Shown in pieces: positions 1 to 14,650 of a DNA stretch of 64,000 bases (positions within the stretch are counted from its first letter, which is position 1; each line of letters starts with the position of its first letter). The stretch is taken from NCBI RefSeq assembly GCF_009914755.1, contig NC_060931.1; one strand, 5' to 3'. The translations under genes and the position numbers were made by a program. The notes beneath the pieces were generated by a model, which had not been told where the DNA came from, did no database searches, and saw nothing but the letters and a program-made list of their open reading frames with translations. Source of the stretch: the human T2T-CHM13v2.0 reference genome, Homo sapiens.

Positions 1-74
1 CAGTGAGGGGAGATAGCGCCACTGCACTGCAGCCTGGGCGACAGAGCGAAACTCCGTCTCAAAAAAAAAAAAAA
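1..74 (+). mobile_element. Alu 3' end with poly(A) tail (cut by window edge)
   Basis: gccactgcactgcagcctgggcgacagagcgaaactccgtctc followed by an A-run. Confidence 0.92.
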
Positions 75-1484
75 GTATATTCAAAATATGTAAAACTACA
101 TAGGTATTAAAGATATATCAGTAGTCTAACTTCCACATAATGTAAATCTGTGGCATGCATACTTCTGAGTTTACTGAGGTTTCTGAACGTGTGCTGGGAC
201 TTGTGTGATTCTGTGGTCTGGGCAGCCATCTGCCTTGGAGTGGCTGCTGGGGCCTCCATGTGCTATGGTTTTTGGGCACAGGCCCTTGTAAGGATGAAGT
301 GGGTAGTGATGGGCAGCTGGCAAGGGTTTGAGTGGAGGTTGGGGAAGCAGTGGGGTTGTGTGGAGCAGGTGCTCCCTGAGCCTTGGCTGGGGCTCCAGGA
401 AGCAGGCCACAGTGGGAAGTTGGGGTGAAGGTGAACCAGACACAGGCTTCTCGGGTGGGTGGCACAGCCTTGCCTTGCATGTACCGAGTTGTTATTGACA
501 AATGTGATATACAGAGGCCTCTAGAATGGGACTCCAGGCTGAGCTGGTTTGCTGTCACCACCTGATGGCCCACCCCTTAGTCCTTGGAGCTTTTGTTAGT
601 ATTTCCATCCCGGATGGAATAGAAAGAGGAGGTTGGCCTCTTAAGCCTTGAGATGTACTGGGTTAGAGTTTAAATGATTTCAAAGCTTGTCAAAGTGAAT
701 TTAGCTGGAGCTGGGTGTATACACGAGGAAACTGAGGCATAGAGATGGGCATCGTGTACCCAAATTCGGCCAGGCTGGCCTGGGGTTTCCCAGAAGCCCT
801 CAGTTCTCTCACCACCTGCTCTGCCTCTTTTCCCTTCCCTAATACCCCTTGCCATACTCTGTTGTCCCCACCCCAGCTCCTGGTGAATGCCCCTCATGTC
901 ACCAGCTTCTCATGTCTGGATGTGGCCTCCAGGCCTTGACCATAAGTTTGCATTGAGGCCTAAGGCCAAGTGTGTGTCAGGAAGGGGTGGGAGGCAGAGC
1001 CTGATGCCTGGGCTGCAGATCCTGTGGATGTTTCCAGCAGGTTGTCATCTGCATCTGGCTGGCAAGCAGGCATGGGTCCCTGCGAGGGAGCAGTGGCCTC
1101 ACAGAGCCTTATGTTAATCTGAACTGTCCTGATGCCACACTCCACAGTAATGACCAGGTCCACCTGGGATTTGGGGACTGCCCTGGTCAGGGAGGGCCCT
1201 CTAGGAGGCCATGAATGGAACTCATGAGTCTGGTGTGGACATGGTGCGAGCTGGCTGGGAGCATGGGCCAGAGCCACCCCTCCTGCCTAAGGCCCTCAGC
1301 CCACAGGTGGGCAGGAAGGCTCCATGTCCACTGACTATGCCAGGAGACCTCCACGCTCAGGCCACATGCAGCAAGGACAAGACCCAGTTTCCCTGGTGCT
1401 CACAGCCTAGCAGTGCAGACCAAGGTGGCCCCCTGGGAGGATACAAGGTGGGCGCCAGCCCCACGCTCTGTGTCTGTGTTGCAG

Positions 1485-1643
1485 ATCTGTGGCTGAAGCC
1501 ACCGAGGTGGATCTGAACATGCGTGTGGGTCTGCACACGGGCAGGGTCCTCTGTGGTGTCCTGGGCTTGCGCAAGTGGCAGTACGACGTGTGGTCCAATG
1601 ATGTGACCTTGGCCAATGTCATGGAAGCCGCTGGCCTGCCAGG
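1485..1643 (+). CDS. ADCY1: ADCY1 exon 6 (C1a catalytic domain)
   Basis: ttgcag|ATCTGTG…CCAGG|gtaagt; encodes [53 protein letters not shown]; 159 bp. Confidence 0.96.
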
Positions 1644-3799
1644 GTAAGTCGGGGATGGGGTGGGGAGGGGAGGGAGGTGGGTGATGGCTGTGCACCCCTG
1701 GGCTAAATCCTTGCTTCAGGTTCTGGGCTGTGCTCTTGAGGGCACTTGTGTGAGTGCTCCTGGAGGAGCCTGCCTGTCCCAGCCGCACCTGCCAACCAGA
1801 CTCCCTGTGGTGGGCGTCCCACCCAGCCTGGCTGCCAGTCTGTGCTGGGCCCAGCTGAGCCTGGCGCACATCTACAAAAAGCTGTCATTGGACCAGAAGG
1901 CCAGAGCAGATGCGTGTGGGGACCTCTGCCCATGGCATGGTGCTGTCCTCATGGCTTGTTGTCACTGCATCACTTCTCTTTTTGCTGTCTTTGATTTCAT
2001 TTTCTCAATGTGCAAATGGAAAGTGCTGGGACTTTAGAGCTCCTTCTCCACCCCCAAGCTCCACACAGCCATCTAGGAGCTCATGGACATCTGGGTCACA
2101 GATGATGCCTTCTTTGAGCTCTCTGAGAAGTGCCATGGGCTGTTGATGGCTGTGCACCGTGGCAGGCTCAGCCTTGTCTTGAGGAAGATTTCCATGCACC
2201 CCTCTGCCACCCCCAGGTCCTGTAATCTCCCTTTTGTATGATCTCGCAGTGGCTATCATGGCAGGCAGCTTCTCCAGAACACTGGCTGCCCCTCAGCAGG
2301 CAACTTTTGCAGAACACTGGCTGCCCCTCAGTGTGCCCGGGGCTCAGCATAAAGCAGGGGCTTCAGTGAGAGCTGGTGTTTTCCTCTCCCCGTTGGCTCC
2401 CAAGGCCGGGCCATGCAGCCGCTGTCTTCATTGCTGATGGAATGGATGAAGCATCAGCTGAACACAGGAATGCACAGACACTTGCCTTTCTGGAGACTGT
2501 GGTGACTGGAAGTTTCCAGACAGCCTCGGTGACCGTTGTAGTTCAGGGCCAGGCTGATGGGGGTGACAGTGTCCCCAGGTGCTTCCAGGGCCCCTCCGGG
2601 GGGGCAGGAAGCAGCAAGGGTTGAGGCTTGCCGTGAGCGCCCTGCCTGCCCCAGGCCAATGGGAGCTGCTGATGGGGACACCCAGGGAGCATCCCAGCAG
2701 GGACTGGGCCCGGGGATCCAAGCACTCTGAGTTGATGACAGGAATCGGCCCCTGTAGATGGGGCAGCACAGGGACAAGCTGAGGCTGGAGTCAGAACCTG
2801 CCTGTGCTGCCCTCTGGCCCCTTTGCGGCCTCTCTTCCTGGCCTGGCAGTCCCTCCCTGTCCCTCCTTCTCCCACCCCCTGCTCCTCTGGGGATCCTGGT
2901 GGAGCCACTGCTGGGAAAGGCCTCGTGATCTCCTGAGCCCTGTCCTCACCCTCTCAGGATCCCAGTGAGCATGGCAGCTCTGCCTTCAACTGCCTCCTAT
3001 CTGAGCCAGGCTCCCTGCTTTCGTCCTCAGCCAGCCTTAGAGTTTAATTATGAATCCCAAGCTTTTCCCCTGCGAGGAGTTCAGAAGGTTGTGCGGTGAA
3101 GTGAAGAACTGGGTTTGCAGGGAATGGTTTTGGAAGGTGGGGAGTTTGCTTCTCGCCCCATAAACCTGCGAGCTCAGGCGTGCCCTGCTAAGGAGCAGAG
3201 ACTGTGGGTGTTCGTTTTCTGCTGAGACGATGCCAACTGTGGGGGATTTTCCTGTCCTCACCAGAAGATTGGGTTGGGGAGGCGTGAATGCCTGGGCTCC
3301 ACAGCGTTTCTTACCACCCTGCTTCCCACCCCACCTCATGTGTGAACACCGTGGCCACCCCTGACTTCTTGCTACCCAGTGGGGTCTGCCCACTCCTTGT
3401 GCTGACCAGACCAGACCATGGCTGGGGAGGGACTCCCATGTCTCCTCTCCTCTTTCTCTTCTTCACATCACTGCCCATTTTTTCCTCAACTTCCCTAATG
3501 AGTCCTGATGTATTCTTTCTCTCTCTCTCTTGGTTCCTCTGCTCTCCCTCTGGCCCTGTGTCCCCCACCTCAGCCATCCCTGCTGTCCTGCTGGGCATGG
3601 TTCCTGATGGCCCTACTGTATCTGCCTGGGCCCTCCCTCCTGGCATGGACGGACTTGCATGGGAGCATGAATACTCCCCGTGGAGCCTGCCCTGGTGTGG
3701 GGAAGCCTCTGTCTGTGCCCCTTCCCCTCTGGTAAGGCCCTGCAGACTCTGACAGCAGTGGTTCCCCACTCATCTGGCCTCTGCCTCCTCCTTTTGTAG

Positions 3800-3941
3800 G
3801 AAGGTTCATATCACAAAGACGACCCTAGCGTGCTTGAATGGGGACTACGAGGTAGAACCGGGTTACGGACATGAGAGGAACAGTTTCTTGAAAACTCATA
3901 ACATCGAAACCTTTTTTATTGTGCCATCCCATCGCCGAAAG
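3800..3941 (+). CDS. ADCY1: ADCY1 exon 7 (end of C1a)
   Basis: ttgtag|GAAGGTT…CGAAAG|gtaggc; [47 protein letters not shown]; 142 bp. Confidence 0.96.
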
Positions 3942-4405
3942 GTAGGCACCAGAGCCCCCCTCATTTGGTTGATCCTTAGCTTCTTGGCCTGTGCAGAGCT
4001 TTACAGATGTGACTCCTCCTGCTTCCTCTCCAAGCACTGCTTCTCTGGGCTGTGAACTTGCTAAGATGGGGAGAGTTGTCCCCACTGACACCGTCCTGAG
4101 CCTTGTCTCTTACTGGTGTGGGGAGGGGTCTAGGTAAGGGAGCCAGAACCCCTAGTCAGAGATCTGGGATCACCTCGGGGCAGGCCGTTCTGTGTCCTCC
4201 TTCCCCTTCCTGGGCCTTCACTGCCTCCCCTGCAAAGTGGGCATGAAACCCCGCAGGGGGGCCAGGGATGGGGAGCTCTGTGAACTGAGGGGTGCTGGGC
4301 ACAGAGGTGGGCTGTTACCGTCTTACATGGGGCACTTGAGGTCACCCTGCCCAGAGAAAAGTGGTCTGGACATGATCAAGAGTGATCAAGTCACTTTCAG
4401 GGTCC

Positions 4406-4824
4406 ATGTGAGGGGTCAGGCTCAGGTGAGGGTGCAGGACTCAGGTGAGGGGTTCAGGCTCAAGTGAGGTGTTCAGGGGACAGGTGAGGTGTTCAGGGCT
4501 CAGGTGAGGGGTTCAGGGCTCAGGTGAGGGTGCAGGGCTCAGGTGAGGGTGCAGGGCTCAGGTGAGGGATTCAGGGCTCAGGTGAGGTGCAGGGCTTAGG
4601 TGAGGGTTCAGGGCTTAGGTGAGGGGTTCAGGGCTCAGGTGAGGTGTTCAGGGCTCGTGAGGATGCAGGGCTCAATTGAGGGTGTAGGGCTCAGGTCAGG
4701 GGTTCATGGCTCAGGTGAGATGTTCAGGGCTTAGGTGAGGGGTTCATGGCTCAGGTGAGGGATTCAGGGCTCAGGTGAGGGGTTCAGGCTCAGGGGAGGG
4801 TCGATGCCTCAGGTGAGGGTGCAG
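4406..4824. repeat. G-rich minisatellite, ~19-20 bp unit (gggttcagggctcaggtgag), ~21 copies
   Basis: Directly visible tandem array in intron 7. Confidence 0.92.
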
Positions 4825-5816
4825 AGCCATTACTGTGTTGGCTCTTCTTAAAGAAACAATTTGTGGGAGCTAGTCATTGTGCACCCCAGTGGATGCAGGC
4901 CCCTGGGCTCTGTCACATTGACATAGACAATAGTATCCAGTCCTGTAGTTTGAGGGTGAAAGGGGGTGACAAGATAGGTACAGTATACAGCCCCACTTTA
5001 GAGAAGTTTGAATAGCGGGAGGGGAAGAGTGAGAATGCTCAGAAGAAGGGGATTTTGTTGTTTTGAAGAGTGGAGATTTGTACCTACCTGTAGGGGCCAG
5101 AGAAAGTGAAGTTGAGAGGTAGGCAGCGAGGCCAAGGAAGGGGTACCGCATTCCTGGAGAGGAGATGGGGTCAGAGCTGCTGTGGGGGTGCAGGAACTTT
5201 GGACTCACTCAGAAGACAGGCCGGCCAGCAGGAACGATGACAGTGGAGCATTCATGGGGTCCCACTTTCCTATCACCTCATTTGACCTTGAGAAGGCCCC
5301 AGCGGGTGAGTGGGTGATGTTCATCCGATTTTACAGATGGAATTTCACCCAGAACATGAGGACTGTGAGGGAATTGAGGTTCTGAGCCTCAGCTGGGTGC
5401 ACTGCCCAGCCCTCCCCATCCTCCCCATGCGATTTCTTTCCTTGTCTGTAGAAGGGGACATACTGGAAACTGAACGGGGTAACAAAGACCTTCATTCCAA
5501 GCCCTGGTTGTCTTTCCTGACCAGGGCCTCCAGCCTTCCCCCGCACTTTGCTTCAGGATTCCGAGCATCACGTAGGCTTTTAGAGGCCTTTGGTGCGGAT
5601 TGAGAATGGAACGTTTTGGACGTGGCCCTCCCAATATGGTTTTGTTTGCTGCTCTATTCTGGGCACGTTCCCCAATGCCTGGCTTGAAGTAGGCGCTGAG
5701 CAAATGAATCCCAGTGCCCTGGGGTGGCTGTGTTTGTCAGGATGGCATTCCCAGTCCGAGAGGCACAATGTGTCTCATTCACAGCATTTCTCCTTGCCCC
5801 TTGTGTGTTTGGACAG

Positions 5817-5972
5817 ATATTTCCAGGCCTGATTCTCTCAGATATAAAACCGGCCAAAAGGATGAAGTTCAAGACTGTCTGCTACCTGCTGGTGCAGCTC
5901 ATGCACTGCCGGAAAATGTTCAAGGCCGAGATCCCCTTCTCCAATGTCATGACCTGCGAGGACGATGACAAG
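5817..5972 (+). CDS. ADCY1: ADCY1 exon 8 (C1b, calmodulin-binding segment)
   Basis: ggacag|ATATTT…GACAAG|gtagga; IFPGLILSDIKPAKRMKFKTVCYLLVQLMHCRKMFKAEIPFSNVMTCEDDDK, which contains the known AC1 CaM-binding basic amphipathic helix; 156 bp. Confidence 0.96.
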
Positions 5973-7296
5973 GTAGGAGCAGCCAGGGAGCCTGCCATGC
6001 TGGAGCTGCCAGGGACTGATCTCTGTCCTGCCCTCCCAATATGGCCCCCGTGCCATTTGGCTAGATCAGAATTCCCTGTTCACATGTGGATAATCTTGTA
6101 AATGCTGCTCAGAGCTGAGCTACTTTTTATTTCCTGCAAAAGTCATTATAGTGTACTTTTTTACTCCTTGGCATTCTTTGTATTTGTCCATAATCCATGT
6201 ATTTATTCCTGTTTATCCATAAATTCAAGCTAAAATTCCCCACCTGCTGTCTAAATGGCCTCTGAGGGTATTCATTCTGGACAGATGTGCTAGGCCCTCC
6301 CTCCTTAGGTGGATTTCACACTAAGGCTGGCCCTACCCACCTGTCATCCTTGCCCCCAGCGTCCAAGCCTGTGCCTCATCTGTCTGTGCCTGTGCGGCTT
6401 CCTGGCTCCCTCTCTATGCAGGAGCTCGCTGCCTGCAGATGGCCTTCCTCTGTTACTCTCGGTTAGCAGCCCAGCCAGGACGTCCAGACGAGCAAAACAG
6501 CAAAACAGTCTTCTCAGCAGTCTCCACCTCTGACCCCTCGCCCGCAGTGCCTGATTCCCCACCCCCGGACCCCAGGCTTCCCAGCTTTGCGTCAGGTGCT
6601 GTGGGCAGGGCGAGCCCGGAAGCCTGGAAGCCTGGGCTTTTGCAGTTCCAGTGTCACCCCTTCATCACCATCTGCCCCCCAGACAGGGCTCCATACTGCT
6701 GCTGCCTTGTGATGAGTGAAAGCAAGTCAGAAATGGGGAGGAGAATAGCGTCTCCACTGCAGGAGCCATCAAAGGGTGGTGACAGGGCATGGCAGGCAGG
6801 TAGTCTCTGCAGAGATGTCTGTGGTGGTCCCAGTAGGGCGTGTGCCTAGGACAAGAGGAACAGGTGCAGTCTGTGTGCACAGAGCAGCCCCAACCTGCAG
6901 CAGTCACCCTCTGCAGGCGTCCAGGCCTGTTACCACTTTCTTCTCTGCCGCTCTGCTACCCGCACCTCCAGACTCAGCCCAGGCCTGCCAGCCTCAGCGT
7001 TTGATGGAGCCCAGCCTTGGAGCTGGAGTTAGGCGTCAGGTGGGAGAGTGCATGTGCCGTCTGTGACCTTGGTGCAGCTTTGTGAGCAAACGTGTCCAGA
7101 GTTCAGGGGAATGTCTTACAAAGGCTCTTGGACAGACTGGGACCACCTCAAACTGTCCTCTTCCTCAGGGTCCCTGTTCCCCAGCTGTGCTCATTCAGGG
7201 GTGTGGGAGCCAGGGCAGAGGGGACTGGCCTCTAGGTGGCGGTGTTGCACAAGGGCCCAGTCGCAGCCAGGCGGGCGGGAGCTGTTAAAATTATTT

Positions 7297-7603
<307 letters not shown>

Positions 7604-7679
7604 TCAGTGACACTTGCTCAAACATAGTAAGATGCTCTGTATGTGGGACCATAGCTGTAGCATAGGAACCACGGCAGTG

Positions 7680-8010
7680 GAATGGAGTCGTGCTGTTGGG
7701 GGGAGAGGTTAGACTCAGCTCCTAACAGAAGGAGGGGAGTGAGGGTCAGTGGATGGAAAATTTCTAAGAGGAAACATAGGGGTAAGGGGATTGTGGCCAA
7801 CTGACCTAGCACGATTCTTGCTGAAGACAGGCCTAGGTGATCAGGCCTCCCCTGGGGGCTGGTGGAGGGTGAGGAACCTGATCAGATAGGTGGGGGATGG
7901 GATATTGAGGGTGGGGCGTTCCTGCTAAAACTGGATTTTACAAGGAAGTGCACCGTTGGGCCTAGGAGAAGTTTCAGAGCCTGGCTAAAATTTGGTCAAG
8001 CAGAGAAGCT
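7680..8010 (-). mobile_element. ERV1-class LTR remnant (MER67/MER31-like)
   Basis: Reverse complement contains ttctctgcttgaccaaattttagccagg…cacttccttgtaaaatccagttttagcag, resembling the recalled MER67/MER31 LTR start; boundaries approximate. Confidence 0.5.
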
Positions 8011-8046
8011 GTGTCGGACCCCACACATCTGATGCCTCTCCTGTAG

Positions 8047-8133
8047 GTTCAGATCCATCCCTCACTGAGTGGCCTGGATGTCCTCCTGGGGTTTTGGTCT
8101 CCCACCCTGCAACGGGGACGACTGTGCACATAG
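8047..8133 (+). CDS. ADCY1: Putative alternative terminal exon (coding part) of a truncated ADCY1 isoform
   Basis: Acceptor cctctcctgtag|GTT; when joined to exon 8 (phase 0) it reads VQIHPSLSGLDVLLGFWSPTLQRGRLCT*; AATAAA at 8410-8415 with a GT/T-rich element downstream. Confidence 0.55.
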   Translation, partial: VQIHPSLSGLDVLLGFWSPTLQRGRLCT

Positions 8134-8409
8134 CTTCAGGTCCTGCCCAACAGCCACTGTCACCAGTGCTGCAAGGATGAGCTCCTGCCATCAGCCCTTA
8201 TCCCCCAGGGCATTCACGCCAGCTCTGTTCTTCTCTCAGCACTCTCTCCTGATCGTAAACATAATTGATTATGGAAAATATGGAGAACACAAAGATGCAC
8301 AAGGGAGAAAATGAAAAGCATTTATCTGGAATCCTACCATCTCACAAAAAAGCTATCATGAACATTTTGTTCCTTCCAGTTTCTTAAGTTTGTGTGTCTG
8401 TATTTTTTT

Positions 8410-8415
8410 AATAAA
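8410..8415 (+). terminator. Candidate intronic poly(A) signal (AATAAA)
   Basis: tttaAATAAActtg, preceded by TGTA (8399-8402) and followed by ttggttgcttgttttttttt at ~8441-8462. Confidence 0.5.
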
Positions 8416-8525
8416 CTTGACTGGATGGTACACAGGCAGTTTGGTTGCTTGTTTTTTTTTTTAATTGCCAATATATCATAAACATTTCCTTCCATTATTA
8501 AATACTTGCCAAAAATATGATTTTT

Positions 8526-8886
8526 TGGTCCTTATTTTACTTTAAGTTCTGGGATACATGTGCAGAACGTGCAGGTTTGTTACATAGGTATACATGTTCC
8601 ATGGTGGTTTGCTGTACCCATCAACCCGTCATCTAGGTTTTAAGTCCCGCATGCATTAGGTATTTGTCCTAATGCTCTCTCTTCCCTTTCCTCCCACCCG
8701 CTGACAGGCCTCTGTGTGTGATGTTCCCCTCCCTGTATCCATGTATTCTCATTGTTCAATTTCCACTTATGAGTGAGAACATGCGGTGTTTGGTTTTCTG
8801 TTCCTGTGTTAGTTTGCTGAGGATGATGGTTTCCAGCTTCATCCATGTCCCTGCAAAGGACATGAACTCATTCTTTTTTATGGCTG
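8526..8886 (-). mobile_element. Short 5'-truncated L1PA (3' end), antisense
   Basis: L1 3' UTR reverse complement; 16-bp TSD caaaaatatgattttt at 8510-8525 and 8887-8902. Confidence 0.9.
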
Positions 8887-9880
8887 CAAAAATATGATTT
8901 TTAAAAATCATTATATAGATTTGCAGCCTAAGAAACCATTTACTTAATCAACCTCCATTGATATTTAGGTTATTTCTGTTATATTTAAATGAAGCAAATC
9001 GTGGACAGAGCTTTTGGTCATGAAAATACGTTTACTTCTCTGATGGTTTTGTGTAATGGAATCCAGAGAGTCAAGTGTCTGCCTGAGTGTGTGCAGCCTG
9101 TTAGGGTAGTTACGCTCATCGCCCACTGGGCCCACCAGGTGGGGAACATGACATTGCCTGCCTGAGTCACCGTGGGACACGTCTCTATTCCAGTTTCCTA
9201 ATACCTGGCAGCACAGTTGTCTCCTCTAATAGGTACACCCAGAAGCCTCCCAATTCAGTCTCTCTCTCTTTTTATTGAGCGCTTCTTTTGTTCTTCTCTT
9301 CACACTTAAATATTTAAGCTTGAATTAAAAAATAAAAGCAACATCCACACATGATACAAAAATTAAGTCTTCCAAAATGTTTGCCATTTTGTATTTCCTT
9401 CTAGAAAATCAATTTGGGTGTGCACCAGAGGTTAATGCAAATAGAAGTTTATCATTTTGTCTTCCACACCTTTTCACTAGGTGACAGACTTTAGAAATCT
9501 TGGAGTCATTTCTAAGTGGCTGGATGGCCTCCCACTGCAGGAGGGAGGGAGGGATGTGACTTTACCACTGGCTTGTTGGTTGCTGGGGACTTTATTTCTA
9601 GAGGTTGATCTCATGTCTGCTGGTGTCATGAACATCTTTTTTCACAAATGTCTTAGTAAATCTTACGAGGATAGCCTAGGGGTATTTCTTTGTAGTGGAA
9701 TTGCTGGGTTAAATGGTGTGTCTGTTTTAATTTTGGATAGCTGTTGCCAAATTGTTCTCTCTCAGGCACTTGCTGTGCTCGCTCGCACCACTGATGCACC
9801 TGAGCCTTGGTTTCCTGAATGGAGTCAGCTCTGTGTTTTAGCATGGTTTAAAAAATCACCAGTATGCTCAATGCAGTGTC

Positions 9881-13387
<3,507 letters not shown>

Positions 13388-14188
13388 CGTATTTTCTTCT
13401 CTGTTTCTGATCCACCTAGGGGCTCTCCTACCCCATCTCCTGGGCATTTTGTTGAAACATGGCTGGAAATTTTTTTAAAATATAACTTCTACCATATCTA
13501 TCTGAATTTAATGAAGATAAAATTTCAACTTGTTTGGTCCACACTTTTTGAAACTGATTGCCGTAATGTTTTACTTAATTCTGTTGCATTTTTTTGATCT
13601 ACAATAGTATGTTTTTCAAATGGTGATAATTTTGCTTTCTCCTTTTCATCCTATGTTAAATGATTGCAATAGGGTGGGCATTCTTTTTTGTTCTGGCTTT
13701 AATAAATAGGGTTTTACCACTAATTGTGATGCTTTGGGTTAGAAGTAATAGTATATGGCTAATTATTTCAAGAAAGTGATCCATTTGAGTTAGCTTTTGA
13801 ATTTTTTCTTTTAATAAGCAGATGTTGAATTTTAGAAAATACTCTTGAGTAGGTATTAAGATGCTTAGCCTGGTGGTTCCCCCTCTGACTGTTAATATGG
13901 TCAGTGATATCACTGCATCCTCCAGGGTTCTTTTGACATTGTAGGAGCTTCACCTTCCTGTCCATCCCTGTGGCCTTGGGCTGTTCCTGGTACATTTTCA
14001 GAGATGTGTGTATCATCTACTCACTGAAGGACAGCTACCTTCCTCTCAATGTGTTGGCCACTCTCGTGGATGCCCGTCACAGCCCAGGACTGTGATTTAT
14101 GACTGTGGAGGACAGTCAGTAACCCAGGACACAGCAGGTGAGCTGACAGGCAGAGGATGCTGGGTGGTGACAGGGTTTGGAGGTGTGG

Positions 14189-14650
14189 CTGACCTGAGGG
14201 TGGACCAATGTCTATTACTCCTGACTTGAGGGAGGATCCATGTCCATTAGCACCAACCGGAAAATGGACCTGTGTTCATCAGCCCCGACCACAGGGAGGA
14301 TCTGTATGCCTCAGTCCCTGACCTGAAGGAGAACTCGTGTCCATCATTCCGTGACCTGAGAGTGGACCTGTGTCCATCATTCCCTGATCCAGGGTGGACC
14401 TGTGTCCATCATTTTCTCACCTGAGGGTGGACCTGTGCCCATCAGCCCTGACCACAGGGAGGATCTGTGTCCCTCAGTCCCTGACTTGATGTTGAAGGGT
14501 GAACCTGTGTCCTTCAGTCCCTGACCTGAGGGTAGACTTGTGTGGATCTGCCCCAACTGGAGGGTGGACCCATGTTCGTCTGCCCCGACTTAAGGCTGGA
14601 CATGTGTCCATCAGCCCTGACCTCAAGGTGGACCTGTGTCCATCAACCCT
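14189..14650. repeat. Degenerate minisatellite, ~31-33 bp unit (ctgacctgagggtggacctgtgtccatcagcc)
   Basis: About 14 diverged tandem copies visible. Confidence 0.8.

Noticed and set aside
4406-4824. Regularly spaced repeats here and at 14189, 23493, 29035 and 47779 resembling CRISPR arrays
   Set aside because: These are head-to-tail tandem units without unique spacers, with no cas genes, in a eukaryotic intron
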